In this document: positions 22,359 to 32,160 of the stretch, piece after piece
Numbering within the stretch: the stretch's first letter is position 1
Layout of the letters: the number at the start of each line of letters is the position of its first letter
Assembly: GCA_001179505.1 (NCBI GenBank)
Contig: CDMY01000644.1
Location: 1 to 37,430, forward strand
Origin: Vitrella brassicaformis CCMP3155
Taxonomy: Eukaryota; Protista; Chromerida
Reading direction: 5' to 3'
DNA: 37,430 nucleotides
The notes under the pieces: model-generated
What the model saw: only the letters and a program-made list of their open reading frames with translations
Database searches by the model: none
What the model was told of the DNA's origin: nothing
Translations under genes and position numbers: made by a program

Positions 22359-24720
22359 ATGGCTGCCGCAGCGGCTGCCAGCGGGGCAGCCGAGAAGCGG
22401 AAGCGGCCGAACGGCGGTGATGGCGATGAGGATCAGTGCGGCCATCTGGATGAGGCCATCGAGCAGTCCCTTTCCATCGCTAGTGCGCTGCAGGAGATCA
22501 AAAATGGCCTTACGCAGCGAGAGCGGGCCATGGGCGGGACGGCGGACACAAGCGAGCCATGCGTAAGAGGAGATCAGATGGGATGAGAGGCAGGGAATCC
22601 ATGAATGCGGCTGTGTGCGTTGCTGTGCGTGTGCGTCAGGCCGAGCTCATGCGTGACATCTTGTCGTTCAATGTGGCCGGGGAGATCGTGAAAGCCCGGC
22701 GGTCCACTCTGTGCGCCGTCAAGGGCACCGTTATGGCACTCCTGTTCTCGGGCCGCTTCGACAACGCCTTCATTCGTGACAATGACAAGCGCATTTTTCT
22801 CCAGTCGTTCCCCGATGCTTTCACGTGGTAGGCAGACATAGCAGCATGACTGTGGCCGTGGGTGGATCTCAGGTGTGTGTGTGCGTGCGCATTGTTTTTC
22901 AGGTTGGTAGGGCAGCTCATCACATACGTCGGCGAGCAGACCATCGATAGCATCGTCATACCGCCTTCGAGACAGAACGATACGCCATTCAAGTCAGCCA
23001 CACCATTGACAGACGGCAGGCTGCCTGTCTGTGTTGCCGTTGATAGCATGATGTGGTCTGGTGTGGTTGGTCTCATTTAGGTATTGGGTAGAGTTGTTAA
23101 TGTCCGACCCAGCGGCCAAGTGCAAGCGGCGTGCGAGCCGTGTGCAGATCCCCCCACTCACACAAGACCAGCAGGAGGAGCAGCAGCAGGGGACGGGCGG
23201 CGAGCAGCAGCAGCAGCAGAAGAGAGATGCTGAGGACCTCTCTGTGGAGCTGACCAGTATGATCAGGAGGGCCAAGGCTGACAGGGATGCCCAGATGGAG
23301 CGCCTCGAGGCCATCAGGCCGCTGCTCAAGACTGGCAACGTAGAGGACGATGCGGTGAGGTGAACACAGCTTGGCAGGGGAAGGCCAACTCGACGACGCG
23401 CTCTGTGTGTCATTTCCATGTTGCCAGTTGGTGTCGATTGAGGTGTCTGGCGCCGTCGTGACAGTAACGAAGGGTGTGGCGACATCGCTCGGCGAGGACT
23501 CGACCTTCGCAAACCGATTCCTCAAGTGAGCAGCTGCCGTCACTGCACACACACGCAGACATCTCCATCGGATGCCATCCTGCCTGCGTGTGTGTCAGGT
23601 ATGACCGCAGTAGCCATGAGGTAGATCCAGCGTACGTGCGGCGCATAGTGGACGTGGTGGCGCGCGCCCACATGAAGGCGGCGGCAGTCAAGGCGGGCGA
23701 TGTGCAGAGGGCGGTGGGGGAGATGGCCATCAAGGGATACCGACACGCACTCACCATGTAAGTGGACACTGGTAATGCATTGCCAGTACCCTGATGGCTG
23801 ACTGTGTCTGTATGTGTGTTAGGTATGGTTTGGATAGCGATCGCTATTTGGGTCCGGCTAATGCCCTGCTCACCACGGAGCACCTGCAGAAGATGCGCGA
23901 GTGGGTCGAGCGTCGGCCAGTCGCGCCCAGCAGCATCCCCGAGTGTGTCAGGGAACCGGTCATGCGCATTTACAAGTGAGGGAGGGAGGGAGCAGCAAGG
24001 CGGAAGACATTCTCACTCACTCATGTGTCTGTCTGTCTGTCTGTGTGTGTGTGTGTGTGTGTCATGTGTGTCGTGTCAGGGCGTCGGTGGATGGGTGGAA
24101 GTGGCTGGATCTCCTCGATGCCGTCAAGGGCCACTCCCCCCTGCTGCTCATCTCCAAGGTGGCCGACAGCAATGAGCTCTTCGCCATCCTCATCGATGGT
24201 CGCATCGAGGTCACGGGGGCGGCCGAGACCAAGCACGACATCAAATCGCACACCTTCAAGCTGCAGGGGACGGACAGCCACCCACACGTGGGCTATATGG
24301 GCTGGCGGCCCAACTTGTACATCGCGGGCACACAGGTGGGTACTCATTCGAATGAGCCATTCAGGCAGGCGGTCATGGTGATGGTCTCCTCTCCATTCAT
24401 GTGTGCAGGAGAGAGTCCCCGAGCTCATCGATTTCTCATCGCCCGACTCCCAGGCGACGGCCGTCCTCACCATCGCGTGCTTCAATTTCGGCATCCGTCC
24501 GGCCGTGGACCAGATCGGTGCCCCAGCAGCAGCCAGCGACGAGACCATGAAGCGGTCTCAGGGGCACATGCTGGATCAGCCCAACGAGTGGCGGCAGTGG
24601 GAGCGGCCGAGCGTCAGGCCGAGCGACCACGGCTGGGGGGATGATAGAGCGTTTCTGCCTGTCTCAGTGCAGGGATGGCACTTCAACCTCTCTGAGTTGG
24701 AGGTGTACAAATTGGCGTGA
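22359..24720 (+). CDS. KCTD-type BTB/POZ (one clear, one degenerate) plus C-terminal TLDc-like domain protein (~8 exons)
   Basis: DILSFNVAGEIVKARRSTL...LLFSGRFD...DKRIFL is KCTD-type BTB. VSIEVSGAVVTVTK...DSTFANRFLK looks like a second degenerate BTB. RIYKASVDGW...VKGHSPLLLI and the terminal FNLSELEVYKLA* match TLDc. All junctions are GT-AG and in phase. Confidence 0.8.
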
Positions 24721-24912
24721 GGGATGGGGAGGGGAAGGGGATGGAATCAATGGGGCCCATAGCCGTCCTGTTTGTGCAGTCCAGTGCACAGACCGTGATA
24801 TAAAAATGGTTACGTGAATGAATCGATTCACGCCTCAAGTCGAGTGATATGAATGAGTCGTCACCAACCACATAAAAGTACCCCGCGTTTGACACGCGCC
24901 CCATCAGCTCAG

Positions 24913-26257
24913 CTAGCTACCCCGACCACTCTCAGACATCTTCTTGCACCAGAGAGATACGCCCGTTGCAGCCAACTTCAGCGGCCCATTACTCACGCCA
25001 TCTCTGCCCGCGTGGCACAGCTCGGGCGGCAGCATCTCCAGCTTCTCGCAGTGCAGACCACCGACACCCTCACACACGCCTCACACCTTCGAGGCTCAAC
25101 GCAAACGGCGGGCCGCCCTGACGCACGCAACGCACAGCACACAAATGGGGAGTCTGACTTAAAATAGCATTGCCTACCTCCTTGTCGCAGATGGGAAAGA
25201 TGGCGACCATCAGCAGCCCGTTGTCCTTGAGCAGCGAGTGCATCTGCTTCGCCCACGCAGCCTGTCGACACACAACGGACAACAAACAATCAGCAATAGG
25301 CAGCCGTCCTTGTTGCAAGCTACGTTTCTCACTCTCATGTCTGGCTGTATGGCGCAAAGGAAGGTGTAGTCAAATATGAAGTCAAACGAAGAGGGGCGGT
25401 CGTAAGTGAAGAAGTCCGCCGTTTCGATGCTCCACTTGCCGGGCAAATCAAGCCCTTTCAGATAATCTGACACAACGGGGCAGGGCAAGGCAAGGCAAAG
25501 ACAGGCAGACAGGACACAGATGCTGCTGCCGCTGCTGATCCACTCACTCACTCACTCACTCACTTTGTTCCTCACCTCTTGCGACGTTTGCGCCCGTTTC
25601 AGATATGTCGAGGCCAATCACCTCTCGTGACAGGTCAGACAGCGCACCCACGTCATACCCACGACCTGAATGAATGAATGAATCAATCGATGGCAGCAGC
25701 CTCAGCTGAAACTCCTCAGCCTTTGCTTGTGTGTGCGAGTATGCTGACCGCATCCCGGCACGAGTGCCTTGCCCTTGGGAATCACACCATCAGCCACATA
25801 CTTGACCAACACGGGAGCTGACACGCACAGCAATGACACACACACAACAGAGAGTCTGCTGCACACAGGTATGGCCTTTGCATAAAGCCAGCCTCTCTCT
25901 CTGTTTCGCGGACTTGGCTTTGAAGTGTCCCATTCGTCACCCGGCGCCACCCCTTCCTGCCAGTTACTCTGCAAGGCAGACAGACAGACAGGCAGACAGA
26001 TCGTCACGCGTGACAAACGATTAATCAATGAATCAATAACTCAGTCACCCCACCTCCCAGAATGCTCCGTCCTGCGCTGATGGCATCATGCGCCTGGCCC
26101 TCTGTCTGACGAAAGACCACAGCAGAGAAGAGAAGGGCCGCTGCGGCTGATTAAAGGTGAAGGGTGGCGTTGTGCGCAGCGTAGACTGAGCGAGGGTCAG
26201 AAGCAAGGGAAGCAAAGATCCGCGTTCCAACGACAACACACCCTTGACTCCGTGCAT
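24913..26257 (-). CDS. SAM-dependent thiol/halide methyltransferase (HOL/TPMT family); frameshifted near the 3' end as assembled
   Basis: Exons give FWE/SNW...WDTSKP/TPVLVKY...GKALVPGCG/RGYDV...VIGLDISE/...DFF...FDFIFDYTFLCAIQPDMR/AAWAKQMHSLLK...FPI/GGPPFAL, all HOL-like motifs. The start is either 26257 (with N-terminal extension) or 26089. The last ~50 codons are in another frame (break at ~25071-25078). Confidence 0.85.
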
Positions 26258-26341
26258 CTAGCTCGCATGTTGTTTTCCGGCGTTTCGGCCAGAATCATCA
26301 ACTCCGATCAGCCGGCGTCTGTCTGAGCATTGCAACTGAGG

Positions 26342-28744
26342 ATGGCTGGTCTCCATGCTGGTCATCGCACCAAGGGCGACGACGGCACCCGCTGGGGCGT
26401 CCTTGCTCTCGCCTGCCTCATCATGATTGGATGCTACTACAGGCACGGATGCATCCACCATGATCTGTTGGCATCTCTCGTTCATCTCTGGCTGTGCTGT
26501 GTGTGTGCAGCTTCGACAACCCTGCGGCTTTGAACGAGTCGCTGCTGGACCACTTCAGCCCTCAGCTGTCAGTGTCTGAGTTCGAGTTCTACTTCAATCT
26601 CCTCTACTCGGTCTATGCGCTGCCCAACATCTTCCTGCCGCTGCTCTTCGGATACTTCATCGACATCATGGGCGTCAGGGCCGCTCTCGTCATCCTCAAC
26701 GCATTCCTGGTCGTCGGACAGGTCAGAATGGTCACCTGGCCGCCATTCTCCATGTGTGTGTTGGATGGATGGATGGATGTGTGTGGTGGCGTCGTGTGTG
26801 GCGTTGTTTGGGCTGCTTTGCAGGCGGTGGTGTGTCTGGGGTGTTACGTTGTGAACATGCCCCTGATGCTCACTGGCCGAGTGTGCTTCGGGCTGGGCGG
26901 CGAGAGCCTCAACGTGGCCGCCACCGTCCTGCTCATGCAGTACTTCAAGGAGCGAGAGGTCAGTCATCCGACACACAAATGAAATATCATGCAGATGCTC
27001 TTCTCTTCTGCACCAGATGGCCATGGCGCTGGGGATGAATCTGTGTGTGGCGCGGGGCGGGAGTGTGCTCAATGACCTCATCTCGCCGGTCATCGCCACA
27101 CGGCTGGGTGTGACGTCGGCCCTCCTCTTCAGCGAGGTGCTGCTCATCCTGTGCATGCTCGGCTCCGTGGGGCTCGTCATCATAGACGCCAGAGTCGAGC
27201 GGGACACTGACAGACACAACGCAGAGATCGCCGCCAGCGTGAGCACTCATGGCGCCACCGAGACGACAGTCGCCAGCACAACAACGACGGTGAGAGAGGA
27301 GGGATGTGACAATTGCATGAGTTCATCCGCGTTCCGTATCCGCTCATCCGGTCAACCAGAGTTCCCATTCTCACCGCATGTCGTTCATGGAGGCGATGCG
27401 GTTCGGCCCGGTGTATTGGGTCGCGTCGATGGTGTGTCTGGTCCTGTACTGCGCCATCCTGCCGTTCAACAACATCGCCTCGGCCTTCCTCGTCGAGGAA
27501 TGGTACTACGACCAGCCACCCGCACAGGTAGATGACCATCACACACAACACAACACGACGAAACACACGGGGAAGGCGGGATCTTCGGTGTGCCTTGTTG
27601 TGGTATCAGGCTCGTGAGCATGCGGGTCAGGTGATGAGCATCATCTTCGCCTTCTCGGCAGTGGCGTCACCGATCTTCGGGATCGTATCCGACAAGGTGC
27701 CAATGAATGGACGGCGAGGACAAAACACACAGACATGCACTGGTGAATTGTCCGTCGACGGGTGTGTTGTGTCATTAGGTGGGGAAGCGTGTCGGTTTCT
27801 GCTTTTGGTCGTCTCTGCTGGTCGGCCTGGCCCACTACCTGCTGCTGCACGTCACACCTGAGGTGTGAGACACACACGAGTGCTAGGATAATGTCGACCG
27901 TGTCTCATCTCTCTTTCTGGTCAGATCCCGATGATACTGCTGGGCCTCGGATACACTGTCTTTGCCACCGTCAGCCGACAGCCAGACATGCTCAACAATC
28001 GACTTAATGCCTGTGTCATTATTTCCAGGTCATCTGGCCCTGTTTGGGTCTTGCTGTCGACGAGCACCATGCAGGCACGGCGTACGGCTTCGCCACTGCA
28101 TTGCAGAACGCGGGGCTCTTCCTAGTGCCGCTCCAAGTCGCCTACCTCAGAGCCAAAACAGGTGGGGGTGGGTTTGCACATGCAGGCAGACAGACATGGG
28201 AGCAGGCGGCCCAGTTGACCTCTATCTGGGTGGTGTGCAGGTCGCTATGTGGTGGTGGAGCACATGTTCATCGCCCTGTCGTGTCTGGCGGCTTTTTTCT
28301 GTGTGTGGCTCTACTACCTCGACTCCAAACACGGCAGCGTCCTCGAGAGCGTCGAGGTGAGCGGGGGAGACACTCACGCATGAGGAGAGACACACATGGT
28401 GTGTGCCTGCGAATGTGTGGCTTCAGCACGTCGAGTGTGAGAAGGAGCCCATCTATCGTGAGGATCTGCCGCACTCGGACAGCACTCCCACCCAGGACGC
28501 CACGCCACACGCAGCCAGCACACCCGGTGAGGGCAACGGCGACGACCTGAAGGCCAAGAGGACATCCATCTTCGGCACCCAACTCAACAGCCTCACCAGA
28601 CGAAACGTATGTGACCATGGTCGGATGGACGGATGGATGGATTGGCGGCCGTGTCTGTGTGTGGTGCGTCAGGCTGACGGCGGTACGGGCGGCGAGGATG
28701 GTGTCTCGTGCGTCACGTGCCACCAGACCGTCAAGGTGCAGTGA
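26342..28744 (+). CDS. MFSD1: Major facilitator superfamily transporter, MFSD1-like (multi-exon)
   Basis: RWGVLALACLIMIGCYYS/FDNPAAL...FNLLYSVYALPNIFLPLLFGYFID, GRVCFGLGGESL, MALGMNLCVARGGSVLN, ILPFNNIAS, GTAYGFATALQNAGL are typical of MFSD1-like proteins. The frame of the final exon is less certain. Confidence 0.88.
26443..26510 (+). other. Non-canonical GC-AG intron in the MFS gene
   Basis: The conserved YYS-FDNP motif needs TAC AG|GCACGG...GTGCAG|C TTC GAC. No GT donor is available at this position. Confidence 0.8.
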
Positions 28745-29045
28745 TTTTGATTCCATCGGACGACACACACGACACACGCAGCAACAGGGATGACACCATG
28801 CAGACAGTTCGGTCCTTCATTGCTCGTGCATGGCATGAGATGAGATGAGAATATCTACTGCTTGAGGTACCGACAAGCCGACATACCGATCAGACAAATG
28901 ACGTCCATGAGTGTCTATAAATCGTGTCTGTATCCACTGCACCCTCCACCATTCATTCACTACAAAAGCCCCACACACGCCACGACCCGGGTACCCCTTG
29001 CAGTATACTACACGGCCTGTCTGTCTGTCTGTATGGCCTTCATGA

Positions 29046-31819
29046 TCACGTCTCCACCACCAGAGCGAGAGCCAGATATGCACACGCCGCCAGAGAGGTG
29101 AAGCCGAAGGTCACGTGCTCAGAAAACGACAGCTGAATGCGTTTCCTCCACGCCTCAATCCCATACGCCCAGTCCTCCGCAACAAATGCAACGATATCCG
29201 TCACATACTCGACACACAGGATGATGGTCGCGCGGACAGCCAGCTCCCCGCCACTTATGACCCCCCACTTGCGATCGGCATCTTCCTGCGGCGATGTCAT
29301 TGACACGTCCTCCGTCGAGCTGTCTGCTGGTGAGCCGCTTGTGAGCGTCACCAACGAGCCGAGAACAACTGCACACATCCACACACCACGACAACAGAGT
29401 ACGATGGATGTCTGTTGCTGAGGGTTCCCAGTGGGATCAGCAACCCATTTAATCGGTTGCCGCTCCCGGCCTCTCTGAGTCCCCTTCAGCTATGGTCTGT
29501 CTTGCACTCGCTGGGTATTCTCTGCCTCTTCATTGACGTGACGTGACGCAAAGAGACCAAAGCGGTGCACTCTCTGCCTGCCTGTCTGTCTGTCTGTCTG
29601 TCTGACCCCCTGGCCTCTCCCCTGCACTTACGACTGTATGAAAGCGCCACAATGGCGATCACGTTGATGAGCAGGTCAGCGAGGATAAGATTGGCTGCCG
29701 TGATCTCCCTCCGGTGAATGAACGCACCCCTGTCGGACTGCAGCAGCACGAATGTCCGACTCCTCGCCACCCCGCTGTTGTGGTTCTCCAAGCCCATGAT
29801 TGCGGTCTGTCCCTCTGGCGACGTGGCTCTCTCCTGGACTGAGACCGCCAGCTTTTCCCCGTCGCGTGCCGACACGCCATCCTCCTCCTCCTCCCCCCTT
29901 GCTTGTGACGCATCATCTGCCCTCTTCTCATCGGAAGAGACCTCGGGTCGTTGTGAAGGGTCACCTAGCCCACCGCTGTCCTCTGCCGCACTTGCCCCGC
30001 TCCTGCGGCTTGATGGCCGACGCGACTTTGCGGATCCATCCATCTCAAGCCACGGCCCATCCACCACAGGGATCCCCTGTGTCCCAGCCCGACTGTCTAC
30101 CCGGCTGACACGCGATGATGCCCGTAATGTAACACTGTCAAGCGACATTGACCTCGACCGCCACCTCTCGAGCATCCTCTCCGTCGATATGGAGCGAGCC
30201 ATTGACGGTTGATGCGCAAGGGGGGCTGGCCAAAGGGGCGACAAGCCCTGAGGCGGCGAGCGGCTGACTGATGGGGGTGCAGAGCGCACAACCACCAGGG
30301 CACCTTCATCGCCATTCTCTGATGGCTCCTGGGCAGCCGATGCGTCTTGATCGTTGTCTGCGTCGTTTTGTGACGGCAGGATGTACAGAGAGGGATGAGG
30401 GGAGGGGGAAAGGTGCTCCACATGGCCTGACGACGGACGCGCAGGGAGTGTGGGGGGCGGCGGGCTGCTGCGGTGTAGCATGGTGTCATCAGAGGTCGAC
30501 AACGACAGCGACAGAGAACTCGTGCTCAGACGGGGCACCAGGACGCTCACTGAACCACACAGACATGCACCTGTGTACAGGGACCCCTTTGGCTATGTTT
30601 TCATTCTGACCTCTGGCCTTGATTTGTGTGGCCGTCTCGGCGACGGCCGTCTTCATTTTCTTGCCTTGCGCACTGTAGTAGACGCGGCCCCAGAGTGCCA
30701 AGACCGCTCTGGCACCAAACTCGGCCAACGCCTGGAGGAACACGGCTATCAGCAACACCTGATGCATCCACCCATCGTGAGGGGCGGGCACAGAAAGGGA
30801 GAGATATGGCACGCCTGCGACGCAGCTGAAAGGCTTCGCTTTGCGTGTACCTGGCGACTCGACGCAAGGTAGATGAGGAACTTGCCAGGGACTGTACAAG
30901 AGCACACAATGCATCGGAAAATGCAGTGCTCTCTCGCCGCGCGTGTATCCACATGTGTTCAAGCCTACTTCCGAGGGCAGCTTCGCTACTGCGGACATTA
31001 TTCGGCAGCAGCTGCTGCTCGACCTCATGGCTCGCACGACCCTCCTTGGCTGACAACACGCACATACAAACAAACACGTCAGTGAACGGATCTACATGCC
31101 CCTCATCGACGCGCCGACTTACTCCAAGCACGGATGGCCAGCACGAGCAGCAGCTCACGGATCACCATTTTGAGCAGGGGATATCCGCCCGTAATGATTA
31201 CCTCGGCCAGCAGCGTGTTGCTCTCCCTCGCCAGCAGCAGCACGCCCACATTCACGGACATCAGCGTGTAGATAAACACCTGGACCAAGACCCCTGATAC
31301 AATCGCCTTGACAAGCCGACCGCCCCAGCTCTTGGGCTCCCGCACAATGGTCATCCAAAACACCACCGAGCCCGCCAGCTGGGAAAGGACGGCAATCCAG
31401 TTGGTGAAGGGGAACGAGCACGACTTGACTGATCCCCCCGGCACACACGGAACGACACTGTAGAGAGCGATCTGCATTCCCCAGTTGACCCCGATAGCCC
31501 CGACTGCATGCCAGATGAGTGACCTCCTCCCGTACGCTTCCGCGTGCTGCGGCGCCAAGTTGACCTCCAGACAAAGCACGGCACAGTTGTAGAGCAGCAG
31601 CTCGGTCGGCGGCTGTGAAATCAAAGGGATGGCGCCACTCGCAAAGGCAATGATGACCACAGTGAGGAAGATGCCGACAATAAGTGCCGCTGCCGTCAGC
31701 TGCAGGGTGGTAAGGAGGATGCGGCCGAGAAAGCGATGGTAGGCGACGAACTGGCAGGTGCATCTGCCGACTGTCAGACGGGAGGACTCCCTCCACTCGG
31801 TCGATTCGGCGTGGTTCAT
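29046..31819 (-). CDS. Uncharacterised multi-pass membrane protein with a large Ser/Arg/Pro-rich loop (at least 5 exons)
   Basis: The hydrophobic exon 31819-~31120 ends at TGG A|GTAAGT. Later exons give VLLIAVFLQALAEFGAR, a ~300-aa low-complexity loop ending ILADLLINVIAIVALSY, and a phase-consistent last exon ...ATIILCVEYVTDIVAFVAED...AACAYLALALVVET*. Splicing between ~30760 and 31060 is unresolved. Confidence 0.7.
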
Positions 31820-32160
31820 CTTCGGTTCATCCTCGTTTGTTACTCATTCAACATTTTGATTCAAGATCTTCGAAGCCATGGGGGAGGCCAAGATCTCTTC
31901 TTTCCACTCTCGCCTCATTCAAGCGCGCAAATGTCGATCCTGCGAATGCGGCGTTTCGGAGGATATCGTGGGTGCAAGGAGCATGACACGAGGCCATCCT
32001 AGCGTTGCAGCGCCGTCGAAGAGCCTGTGATGCGCATGCCATGAACTTGGCCATGAAGGTGAGGAGGCAGTCCAGGCAGATGATCACATGTGATTCCCCT
32101 TCTCTCGTGCCGCTTTTGTCATTGTGCTGTGTGTTTGCGGCAGCCTCGCTTCCACGTGAT

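Noticed and set aside
28709-28723. CxxCH (CVTCH) heme-c-like motif at the MFS C-terminus
   Set aside because: Located in a probable cytosolic tail, outside compartments where c-type heme is attached; the frame of this exon is uncertain, so chance is likely.
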